DNA of 64,000 nucleotides from Tetramitus jugosus (lineage: Eukaryota; Protista; Heterolobosea): contig OW569372.1 in assembly GCA_937625935.1 (NCBI GenBank), positions 1-64,000 on the forward strand, in the 5' to 3' direction. The notes beneath the pieces are model-generated. The model worked only from the letters and a program-made list of their open reading frames with translations, searched no databases and was not told where the DNA came from. This document shows positions 43,386-52,902 of the stretch, one piece after another (the first letter of the stretch is position 1; each line of letters begins with the position of its first letter). Position numbers and translations under genes: made by a program.

Positions 43386-45764
43386 ATGCAAAAGTCTCAG
43401 TGGCAAGATCAATTCTCGCCACTCATTCAATCATTAATCAACAACAACAACAACACACCACCAACTAGTGCCACACCACCCTCCAGTAGCAGTACTCCTG
43501 TTTCTCACACGCATCGGAGTATCACAACAGACAATCACAATTTTCCGACTACCACAAAAACAACCGACGAAGAAGCAACAACAACGACTACTACCAATAC
43601 ACACCAAGACAACAAAACATTGAAACAGTCATCATATAATCATCATATACCGTCATGGTTAAGTGACACATATGCCGATGTTTGGACGTTTAAGCTAAGA
43701 CACAATGATAAGAGAAACATGTTGAATATGAGAGAGTTGTTGACGAGGCCGATCGACGTTGAAAGTCCCATTTGGTTCTTTTTACCTAGACGAAAACGAC
43801 AAGTCGACTCAAAAAAAACAGTAACAACGACGAGCAAAAAATCATCTGGAGCGCTCAAAAAGGAGACGAAAAAACTACCAATCAAAAATCATCGAACAAA
43901 AAAACATGGAAACGAACAAGAGGAAACGACAACGAGTGATAATGATGATAAAAATAATGAAGCTAATGATCATGATGATAACAAAATGGATGAATTTTAT
44001 GATGAGTCATACAGAGTGGCATGTTGGACTGCAATCAAGAGAGAAATGTATCGATTATTGAAGAGTGATCGTCCACAAAGTAATGACAATGATGAATCAA
44101 CAACAACAACAACAGCGATGATGAAAAATAAGAGTCATAAGAATAATACGATCTATGCGTATCATAATGTGGCTGTTTTATGTTTTCATTTGAATGAAAT
44201 TCATGTTGCGTTTCAATTGATGGACATGTTGATTGACTCTGTGTTTCATGTGACATTTTTGAGAACGATTGCGTATTTTTATATGCAGAATAATCAATTG
44301 TTGAATGCAGCAGTAGTGTTGCATCATTTGATTCGAGATTCCTATCAAAAATATGATGATGAGAATGAAGAAGATGATGATCGCTCTGTTGATTATCATT
44401 CGATCTATTTGACGATGCGATTGTTTTCGAGGCATTTGATTGAGTCGGATGAATCATTGACGAATAATCGAGAAGAGTTGTTATTATTTAGGAGAAGTAT
44501 CATGGAATGTGTCTGTTCCCATAAGCCCAATAATCACTTGTACAGACTGTGGATGGAGAAGTGGGATGAAGAGATTTCATTGTACGCGAATAATGAATCG
44601 AAGGAGAGATGGGACACGAATAGTAGCTTTTCTAGTAGTTCCTCGTCTGTGAGTAGTATGAAACCAAAGGAAGCTCTATTCGATACTCTGCAGCTACTGA
44701 ATCAAATGCTCGGCAAGGATACTCAACATGAAGAAGATTCTGAGGTTGGTGGTGGTGATGAAGGAGACCGAATATCTCACAAGCGGAAACTGTTCATCTC
44801 GGACGGAGAAGAAAATGAACAAGAAAAGCACGCCAGTATCGTGTCTGTCAAGAATTTGCAGCGTGAACAATTGCCTAGCATATCCAACATTATGAAACAT
44901 CAATTCCATTTGAACTTTGTGACACGGAATGCCAAAAAGAAGTCAATGGTCATGCGTTGCTTTGGCTTCCTTCGAAATGTCTTGACCGACTATCGTGTAT
45001 TCGTGCGGATAATGGGAACCATTGCTACGATCATTGGTGTTACATTGTTCACCAAGGTGATTGCACGAGTGTTTGGAGCATCAGGAAGAGTGCAGAGGAA
45101 GGAAGATCCAATGTTCCAATCCATTCTCCAATCATTCTATGGGTCAGTAGACAATGATGCTCAGTCAATGGCAATCGAAGGACCAAACAAAAAGAGCGCT
45201 GCTGAAGATTTCTTCTCATCGGAACACAATGACGACATTAAATCACTGCAAATGCATCATGGTGCAAGTTTGGCTGACGACGATGACACTAATCATGACT
45301 ATGACAATCAATTACCAAATGCCCGAATCATTATACGACCCACTCATTTGACTCCCAAAACATCATACAAGTCACCTGATGAAATTGAAAGCGATCGTGT
45401 GATTCTCTCAGACTTTGAGTACGTGGACAATTTGTACAGAGAGATTTCTGACTTTTCAAAGTTACAATTGCAACAACAGCAAGAATTTAAGCGACAAAAG
45501 CAGTCATCTTTGAAACAGTCAACCAAGGTATCTCCACCAAAGCAAGCTCAAAACCGGGTACCTCGAGTAACATCACTAAGTGGCACTGAAGGTGTGTTGG
45601 GTGCTGATCAGCAACAACTCCCAAAGACAATCTCTAATCTGACCAACAGAACAAACGTCGCAACCAGTCAAAGACCCGTCAAAGCAAAAAGATCTACAGC
45701 AACCAACAAATCTGCTGCAGCACCTCCATCGAACAAGAATGTCAAGGTGTTTGGCAGAAAGTAA
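43386..45764 (+). CDS. Unknown protein with TPR-like helices and one TM segment
   Basis: 792-aa ORF; helical region AYHNVAVLCFHL...; hydrophobic IMGTIATIIGVTLF. Confidence 0.6.
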   Translation: MQKSQWQDQFSPLIQSLINNNNNTPPTSATPPSSSSTPVSHTHRSITTDNHNFPTTTKTTDEEATTTTTTNTHQDNKTLKQSSYNHHIPSWLSDTYADVWTFKLRHNDKRNMLNMRELLTRPIDVESPIWFFLPRRKRQVDSKKTVTTTSKKSSGALKKETKKLPIKNHRTKKHGNEQEETTTSDNDDKNNEANDHDDNKMDEFYDESYRVACWTAIKREMYRLLKSDRPQSNDNDESTTTTTAMMKNKSHKNNTIYAYHNVAVLCFHLNEIHVAFQLMDMLIDSVFHVTFLRTIAYFYMQNNQLLNAAVVLHHLIRDSYQKYDDENEEDDDRSVDYHSIYLTMRLFSRHLIESDESLTNNREELLLFRRSIMECVCSHKPNNHLYRLWMEKWDEEISLYANNESKERWDTNSSFSSSSSSVSSMKPKEALFDTLQLLNQMLGKDTQHEEDSEVGGGDEGDRISHKRKLFISDGEENEQEKHASIVSVKNLQREQLPSISNIMKHQFHLNFVTRNAKKKSMVMRCFGFLRNVLTDYRVFVRIMGTIATIIGVTLFTKVIARVFGASGRVQRKEDPMFQSILQSFYGSVDNDAQSMAIEGPNKKSAAEDFFSSEHNDDIKSLQMHHGASLADDDDTNHDYDNQLPNARIIIRPTHLTPKTSYKSPDEIESDRVILSDFEYVDNLYREISDFSKLQLQQQQEFKRQKQSSLKQSTKVSPPKQAQNRVPRVTSLSGTEGVLGADQQQLPKTISNLTNRTNVATSQRPVKAKRSTATNKSAAAPPSNKNVKVFGRK

Positions 45765-45824
45765 AGAAACGAACGGATTTTTCTTCACGATGATTCTTAC
45801 ATGATTTTATTCTATTGCTTGCAT

Positions 45825-46340
45825 TTACAGAGTTTGATTTTGGAAACGACCAGTGTACTTTGCCTTTCCTTCCATCTTCAAGAAAATGAATTGACAAATT
45901 CTAGTTCCAGGGTGCAACGCCAACGTATTGTTGCTACAATTAAAAATCTCCAATACTTGTCTATTGTTGATACCTGGTTGCATATAGGATGCAGTGATAT
46001 GAATAGCCAATCCCATCCGTGCAAATCGACTCCTTCCCTCCAACAAACCACAGTGACTTGATCCAAGCTTTATCGTTTCTCTCGTAATGGCCAAACAAGT
46101 CTCTTGTGGGCCCAATAGGAACACTCCACCTTCATCCACAGTCTCCAACTCTGTATAGTCCTTGTAATCCACATTTTCATTAATGTCAATTGGTTGATCG
46201 AGCTTTGTAAAACGACGGAATTCGTTACTCAGTGTACAATCGTAGGAAGCTGGGCCTAGTTGAGTAAAATTGAATGGTTCAATGGAAATTTCCTTTTGGT
46301 CAATGGCTCTTAGGAGTGCATCACGTGCTAGTACGGACAT
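45825..46340 (-). CDS. dcd: dCTP deaminase (trimeric dUTPase superfamily), prokaryote type
   Basis: QLGPASYDCTL, LEGRSRFARMGLAIH, LEIFN, LHPGTRICQFIF, YTGRFQNQ; ATG of MSVLARD at 46340. Confidence 0.88.
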   Translation of the reverse strand: MSVLARDALLRAIDQKEISIEPFNFTQLGPASYDCTLSNEFRRFTKLDQPIDINENVDYKDYTELETVDEGGVFLLGPQETCLAITRETIKLGSSHCGLLEGRSRFARMGLAIHITASYMQPGINNRQVLEIFNCSNNTLALHPGTRICQFIFLKMEGKAKYTGRFQNQTL

Positions 46341-46480
46341 TTTTGCTTGTTGTTTGTTTTGTTGTTTTTGTGGGTGTCTGTTGGTTGTTTTTTTTCTGTT
46401 GTCGTGAGATCTTTTTTTCTTTGGCAAAAGATGATGAGCTGCACACAAAGTCTATTTATAATTATGCAGTACGCCAACCA

Positions 46481-46960
46481 ACAAGTTGACTATGAGTTGT
46501 CATTCCACAGCCCACATGAACAACTACATTGATGACAACAATAGCTGCAAGGGTTCCATGAACTCACCGGTGCTATTCAAGTTGCAATCAAGTTGTCCAA
46601 TCATCGAATGTCACAGTTTATTCACAGTGGATGTTTACAGAACACGAATCCTAAGCCTAGCAAGGAGAACCATCATGCACCTTATCAACCACAGTTGATC
46701 AACTTTTTCAAGATTGGTGTTGTCATCAGAGCCTTGCAACAGTATCAACAACCGAGCTATATTTTCATTTGCGTTCCAGAGCTAGCAAACCGGTTCGTTT
46801 GCAGAACATGGTTGTCGTGTCTGAAGCCAAGCTCTCTGAGCTCTCATTGGATGTGTCTGCCCGAAGCAGGATACTTCAACTGGAATGCATTTTAGTTTGG
46901 TTGTCGTGACAGCTCTTCTATGAGGAAACAGTATCGAAACTACAACCATAGTCACTGTGT
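46481..46960. ncRNA. Candidate large structured non-coding RNA (identity unknown)
   Basis: Terminal helix 46481-46500/46942-46960 encloses about ten nested helices, including a perfect 11-bp one; no credible ORF. Confidence 0.55.
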
Positions 46961-47096
46961 CGTCTTTTGATCAAACCCGAGCTTGAACATTTTTTACACA
47001 AGAACGACATAAAAACAGCAAGTTCGGTCTCAGCAGGACAACAACGCACACATAAAACAAACGAAAAATAAAAGAACAACCACAACTCGACACAAT

Positions 47097-48686
47097 ATGA
47101 GCAAAGTGAGAATCAACGTCTCCAACAACGAGAAGGTCACTGATAAGCGTGCAGTGATTGTTTCTCGTGATTTTGACGATATTTGTAAACAAGCGAAAAA
47201 TAAGCTCAATATCAAGAAGAAAATTACTCAAGTTTTCAATGGCCAAACAGGTGAAATCATCACAAGCAACGACCAATTACAATCGCTTGAACAAGACGAT
47301 TTGATTGTTGTGAGCACTAGTGACAAACCCTTTTTGGGAAAAGTTTCTCCGTTAATCTCCGATTTTCCCACTACGACGGGTTCTGCAGAGAGCTCAACAA
47401 GTAGCACGAGTGGAGGAGGAGATGATGCTGTGGTGATTGGTGCACCAGAGAGCTCAACCATTGATCCAGATGGTCTCTCCAATGAACAATTGATGAACGA
47501 ACTCAAAAAACATGTGACTGTTAGTATCGTGGCAAAGAATGCTTGGTTGGAAGATGAAGCCATCAAGCAATTGAACCGTTGTGCAAAGACACTCAAGGGT
47601 GTTCGTTATGCAGTCGGTATGCCTGATTTGCACCCTGGAAAGGGCTTTCCAATCGGTGCAAGCTTTGCAACAAAGGATTACGTGTTTCCAGCGTGCGTTG
47701 GTGGTGATATCGGTTGTGGCATGAGTTTGTTCAAGACGGATTTGACTGACTCTAGGATCAAGCTCGACAATTGGACCAATAAACTGTATGGACTAGAGTG
47801 CGGTGGATTCCTGGAGGATGATGAAATGACCATGAATCAATGGTTACAAGAGTATCATGTCGAAGGTACGTCGTTTGACTCTCAATTGGGTACGATTGGA
47901 GGTGGAAATCACTTTGCAGAGTTGCAACAAGTGGAAAAGGTGATTGATCAGCAATTGTTTGATCAAGCGGGACTCACTGAACAAAATTTGTACCTGTTGG
48001 TGCACAGTGGTAGCAGAGGATATGGTCACCAAATCGTAGGAGAACACATGAAGCAGTATGGAACAAAGGGTCTGCACGAACAGACCGAAGCTTGTACTCA
48101 TTATCTTCACTTGCACGACAATGCATGTAACTGGGCCAAGGCCAACAGACACTTGATTGCCCGAAAGTTCCTCATGTGCCTCTCGACGAAAGCAGAGTTG
48201 GTATTGGACGTTTGGCACAACAATGTAACAAAGAAGGCTTTCCTCGCAAACACGGAAGACAATTCGAGCGAGAGAGAAGACTTGTGGTTGCATCGAAAGG
48301 GAGCAGCACCAACAGACAAGGGACTCATTGTCATTCCTGGCTCAAGAGGCACATTCTCCTACTTGGTTGCACCAGTGGACAATGAGAGAGATTTGCAAGC
48401 TGCTGCCTACTCTGCAGCGCATGGAGCAGGAAGAAAATGGAATCGGTCAAAGGCATATGCCATGAGCAAGAACAATCCAAATCAAACACCTGATAGCTTA
48501 TCGGTGACAGAGATGGGTTCACGAGTCATTTGTGAAGATCATCAGCTCATCTATGAAGAACATCCATTTGCATACAAGGATATTGATGAAGTCGTGAAGG
48601 ATCTCGAAGAGTTCAACGTGGTCAAGATTGTTGCCATTTTGAAACCATTGATCACTTACAAGACGCGAAACATCAAGAACAAATAA
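47097..48686 (+). CDS. rtcB: RtcB RNA ligase of the PrfH-coupled RtcB2 type with an N-terminal DCX/KHA-like ubiquitin-fold domain
   Basis: VGMPDLHPGKGFPIG, GGDIGCGM, GTIGGGNHFAE, HSGSRG, WHNN, HRKGAAP, IPGSRG, HGAGRKW, EEHPFAYK. Confidence 0.88.
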   Translation: MSKVRINVSNNEKVTDKRAVIVSRDFDDICKQAKNKLNIKKKITQVFNGQTGEIITSNDQLQSLEQDDLIVVSTSDKPFLGKVSPLISDFPTTTGSAESSTSSTSGGGDDAVVIGAPESSTIDPDGLSNEQLMNELKKHVTVSIVAKNAWLEDEAIKQLNRCAKTLKGVRYAVGMPDLHPGKGFPIGASFATKDYVFPACVGGDIGCGMSLFKTDLTDSRIKLDNWTNKLYGLECGGFLEDDEMTMNQWLQEYHVEGTSFDSQLGTIGGGNHFAELQQVEKVIDQQLFDQAGLTEQNLYLLVHSGSRGYGHQIVGEHMKQYGTKGLHEQTEACTHYLHLHDNACNWAKANRHLIARKFLMCLSTKAELVLDVWHNNVTKKAFLANTEDNSSEREDLWLHRKGAAPTDKGLIVIPGSRGTFSYLVAPVDNERDLQAAAYSAAHGAGRKWNRSKAYAMSKNNPNQTPDSLSVTEMGSRVICEDHQLIYEEHPFAYKDIDEVVKDLEEFNVVKIVAILKPLITYKTRNIKNK

Positions 48687-48849
48687 AAGGAGCAATAGCA
48701 ATGTTCTCACAACCGTGCTTTGTCCCATGTTTCCCAAGCTCAATCGATCGATGAAATACACAATAACACCTCTCTCACAACAACACAACAATAACCAAGC
48801 AACAATAGCAATAATAAGCTCGTAAATCCCAAAAAAACATAAAATTTCA

Positions 48850-49056
48850 TTACTTTGCTTCCATGCACTTTTCATATGCCTCCAACTGTGTCTTACACTC
48901 TTCGAGAGCTCTTATTCCCACTTGCGTATCGCCCTTGACTTTTTTGACTGATTTCTCAGAGAAACATTCAAAGAATTCTTCTGTTACTTTTGAGCATTGT
49001 GGCTTACTCTTTGGAAAATAGAAGGGCAGTCGCAGATCGGATGATGTTGCTTGCAT
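48850..49056 (-). CDS. Small twin-CX9C (CHCH) protein, probably mitochondrial intermembrane space
   Basis: CSKVTEEFFEC and CKTQLEAYEKC in a 68-aa ORF. Confidence 0.7.
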   Translation of the reverse strand: MQATSSDLRLPFYFPKSKPQCSKVTEEFFECFSEKSVKKVKGDTQVGIRALEECKTQLEAYEKCMEAK

Positions 49057-49166
49057 TTTCGAATGTGTACGTTTTGTTCAATTGTTTTTGTTTTTGGAGA
49101 GCGGCAAATTGGATGTTTTTCCTTCAAATTTCGAACAAAACACCGAAATTTGAACAAAAAAAGAAC

Positions 49167-49729
49167 ATGGAAGCAGAGATTAACGCCCTATCACCTAAAA
49201 TGTAAGTTTTGTTCAATTTGTGAGATAAGATACTTCTGAGGAGAGATGATAATGATTATTTGAATCTCACCCCACATATATCATCTCCGACCCATTTCAT
49301 GAAAAATCATCACATGTGAACCATAATCCGAACATCATACCTGTGACAATCTCACAACTGTTGATTGATTTTTTTATTCATTGGACTTACTCACCGAATC
49401 GGAACTCATATGTGCGTGTGGTTGACCTATTATATAGACTTTCACAGGAAGAAGGTCTCATTGCCTATCAATGCACCGATGCACAAGGATTGTGTCTTCA
49501 ATCAGTTGGCTCAAGTGTCGTCGTCAACAGTCAATCCACTGGTTATATAGCGAGTTTGGCCAATCGATCCAAGGTGTTGGATCCGACTCTGGGTGGTGAA
49601 TTTCCAGTCATTTTGATCGAATCTGATCAGTATGATGTGTTGATTCAGAAGAATGGAAGTTTGACTGTGGCGGCGTATAAGAAGCCTGCAACGAGTAAGG
49701 ATTCTCAAATTGATAATCCGCCTCAATAA
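49167..49729 (+). CDS. LAMTOR5: Ragulator subunit LAMTOR5 (intron 49202-49437)
   Basis: CTDAQGLCL...GYIASLA...PVILIESD...LIQK...TVAAYK; in-frame GTAAGT...TAG intron. Confidence 0.82.
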
Positions 49730-49861
49730 ACTTTGGAAAGCAAGATGTATTATGTGAAGTGAAGAATAGGTGTTTTGTTTGCTTCTGTTTTTCGTTGGTG
49801 GTGGTGGTGGGAATAGGACAAGGTTTAAGAAAGCTTAGTTGGTTCACTGAAGCATCGAAAG

Positions 49862-50649
49862 TTATGGCACTCGGGTTGGTGTGTTCCTTCTGAGTGTTCG
49901 ATGAGTTGAAGAAGCACGATTGGTTGAATTTCCGGGACTGGAGCGAGGAGAATGCGAGGGGGAACTTTGAGAAGCCATTGGTAAACCTTTTTGTTCGAGT
50001 AGCTCTCTGGCTCTCTCTGACTCGTGGAACAAGTAACGCCTGTTCATCATTCGTTGCATCTCCGACTTCAGTAGAGCTTCTTGGTCAATGTTCAGCTTTT
50101 GAATTTCGTATTCTTCTGCTCGCTTCATCTCCATTCTCATCTTTTCCTCGGCTCTCATCTGAATAAACGCCAATCGCTCATGATACTGTTTCAATCGTTC
50201 CCTTTCTTCATGTTCGTTGTTATTGTACTTGTAGTCGTACAGTTTCTTCAAGTATTCATCCTCAATAGAACGAGTCATTTGTCGTTTCAGATCATATTCA
50301 AACTTTTTGGCTTGGACGATATCTTCCTTTAGCTGTTTCATTTCATCTTCAGTCAACTGCAACTTATCATAGTGGTTTCCTAGAGCTAACCTCGTCCTAA
50401 CTGTTTTTACAAAAAGGTGCCAGGTAAGTACACAGTTATATTTTCAATTTATAGTTGAGTAAATCAGACATACTCTCTGGATCATTGATTCGGTCAAATA
50501 GTTCATCTGTAGTCTTATTACTCTGATCAGGTATCAGATTTCCAGCACTCCTAAATATGTAATGATGTGAGAAGAGCATTTAGAGGTGCAATAAAACTCA
50601 ACAATCTTGCATACCTGTTTTTCATTGTTCTTTCAATTTTCTCTCTCAT
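49862..50649 (-). CDS. Coiled-coil protein, 3 exons, unknown function
   Basis: GTATGC (~50614) and GTATGT (~50473) donors with TTAG acceptors join to the charged helical ORF 49862-50362. Confidence 0.55.
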
Positions 50650-50767
50650 TTTCTTCAAGTTTTTAACGTAATTGTGCCAAATAGTCCGATCATAAACCCG
50701 TCGTAGCGCTTGACGTTCGTGACAGCAAGAATTTTATTCGAGCTTTACGTTTTCGAGTTGAATTGTG

Positions 50768-51859
50768 TTACACTGACTGCTTCTTAGCCTTTGTTCCCTT
50801 CTTAATCTTTTCAAGAGCATAAATGTAGCTCTTTCTAACTCCAGCGGTCAATATACCCTTGAGCGATTGTGAAGTACTGGTCTGCTTCACAATCTGCGTC
50901 AGCGCTTTCTGATAAGCTTGCACCGAACCGAATTGTCCAGATAGATTTGTCACTAGATTTGATGGCAAATCCTCCACATTCTTCAACTCATCGGCAATAA
51001 TCGTAAATTTACCTTGTGCATCTTCTGAATCAATCATTTGAATGAATGGAGCACTCCTGAGCAACGGAAGATATAGCTTCAAAAACTTTTCAAAATTGGC
51101 ATCCACAATATTTGCCACCTTGTTCTGGTTCTCACCGTAACCCCCCATTTGCATCCGAATATCACCCGTATAACTTAAACTACAAATCATCATGAATAAT
51201 TGGTTCAAATTCCACACATTGTGATCATCAGGACTCACCAGTGGTGCAGCAGATGTCGGTGGTGAAGTGTACAACATGATACATGCCACCTTCAACGCAG
51301 CATACAGATTCTTCTTCAACGATTCTCTCAATTCTACATCACCTTCATCTGCAATCCTTATGAGACATGGCTTATGGAGTCTCCCGGATACATAGAGCGT
51401 ATTCCACTCGTTCAAATCATTGACCAAGTCACTCTCTTCAATGACACCATACTTGTACACTCGATTGTGCAGCTGAACTGCATCATCTTGACCTTGCTGA
51501 CCTTGTTTCATGGGTAACTGCACAAACGGATGATAGTAAATTTGCGCGCCAAAATTTCTTTGCACTTTTTCAATGACAGAACTTCCACAGAGCTTCATCA
51601 ACGAGGAGTAATGATGCGTGTTTTGTTCGAGATTGTCCTTGTGCCATTGTTTTGAATTCTCTACAGCCAATATGAGATCAATCATGGGCAATGACTCATT
51701 GGCTAAAGCTGTAGAAGCGGCAGTCGGAGTTTCATGGATATTTTTGTAACCCACTTGCTGGAAGACACCTGATCCATAGGCCATAATGAATTTGACTGGT
51801 GGGAAATTGTGTTGAACCAATTGATGGATCATTTGTGCTGCTTTGCTACTTGACTGCAT
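50768..51859 (-). CDS. TAM41: Mitochondrial phosphatidate cytidylyltransferase Tam41
   Basis: AYGSGVFQQ, KYGVI, LYVSGRLHKP, LSYTGDIRM, ENQNKVANIV. Confidence 0.95.
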   Translation of the reverse strand: MQSSSKAAQMIHQLVQHNFPPVKFIMAYGSGVFQQVGYKNIHETPTAASTALANESLPMIDLILAVENSKQWHKDNLEQNTHHYSSLMKLCGSSVIEKVQRNFGAQIYYHPFVQLPMKQGQQGQDDAVQLHNRVYKYGVIEESDLVNDLNEWNTLYVSGRLHKPCLIRIADEGDVELRESLKKNLYAALKVACIMLYTSPPTSAAPLVSPDDHNVWNLNQLFMMICSLSYTGDIRMQMGGYGENQNKVANIVDANFEKFLKLYLPLLRSAPFIQMIDSEDAQGKFTIIADELKNVEDLPSNLVTNLSGQFGSVQAYQKALTQIVKQTSTSQSLKGILTAGVRKSYIYALEKIKKGTKAKKQSV

Positions 51860-52019
51860 TTCAATTAAGTTGTTTTTTGTTCTTTTCTTGTTTGATCCCG
51901 ATTTTCCGACTTTTTCACTTCAGCTGTTTCATTGAAGTAATTTTTCGTGTGAACAACTAACAAAACGAACAAACAACAACAACAGTTGAAGCAACAAACA
52001 ACAAACAACGAACACAACA

Positions 52020-52823
52020 ATGCCATCTCAAAAGAAAAAGTCCATCAAGAAGACCAACAAGGGCAACAAATCCATCATACCCCAATCCAATCCCATCAAC
52101 AACAACAACAACAACAACAATAACACTAGTACTAACAATAGCACTAATACTAATAGTAGTAATGTAACTGAATCATTCTCATTTGGTTCCAATCTCCTTC
52201 ATCAAAACAATAATAAGACTGTAACTTCAAATACATCATCATCAGATAACAATAATAATGACAATAGTAATTTGGAGAGTTGTACTGCAGTCAATGAAGA
52301 TCCAACTGTTCAACAATTGATTGCAAAGGATAAGCCCGTTGTTGATTGGATGCTTCGCAAAGCCAATGCCGAAAAACAAAAATTGCAGAAACAAGGAGCG
52401 CGAGTTAAAATTTTGCGCGTCAAAAATACGTCGCTCATTCGTCAGACGGAACAAGAAGAAGAAGAAGAAAGCTCAGAAAAGAAGACGACAATAACGACAA
52501 CAGAAACTACAGAGAAGAAGCCAATCGTTGAAAAGATTTTGAATCGAGTCGAATTGGATTGTTTATTGGATTTTGAGCATGTAGTGCAATTGATGGTCAG
52601 TGAACCAGAGATTTGTGAGGTGAAGACGGAACGAAATGACTTTTATTATGTCAACGTGATTCTGTTGATGTCCAATGGTTCGTTTGCTTACTTGTTCCCA
52701 TATCTCTATCACAAGAATGAACAACAAGTGAATGCATTGCAGCACTGGGCTTTGATTAACAATCAGTTGAAGAGAACTGATATTTCCATTGATTCCTTTG
52801 AACAAGTGCATCAGGATGAATAA
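52020..52823 (+). CDS. Unknown protein
   Basis: 267-aa ORF with an Asn-rich N-terminus and a globular-looking C-terminus; preceded by an A/C-rich leader. Confidence 0.6.
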   Translation: MPSQKKKSIKKTNKGNKSIIPQSNPINNNNNNNNNTSTNNSTNTNSSNVTESFSFGSNLLHQNNNKTVTSNTSSSDNNNNDNSNLESCTAVNEDPTVQQLIAKDKPVVDWMLRKANAEKQKLQKQGARVKILRVKNTSLIRQTEQEEEEESSEKKTTITTTETTEKKPIVEKILNRVELDCLLDFEHVVQLMVSEPEICEVKTERNDFYYVNVILLMSNGSFAYLFPYLYHKNEQQVNALQHWALINNQLKRTDISIDSFEQVHQDE

Positions 52824-52902
52824 ACAAAAAACATTTATAAAAGTTTGTTGTTTTTATGGTGTTACAAGCGAAATAAGAGAAATAATGATGAGGTGTCATC
52901 GT

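Noticed and set aside
46481-46960. Identification as U1/U2/U5/U6, SRP RNA, tRNA or a TPP riboswitch
   Set aside because: Their conserved sequence motifs were not found by eye on either strand
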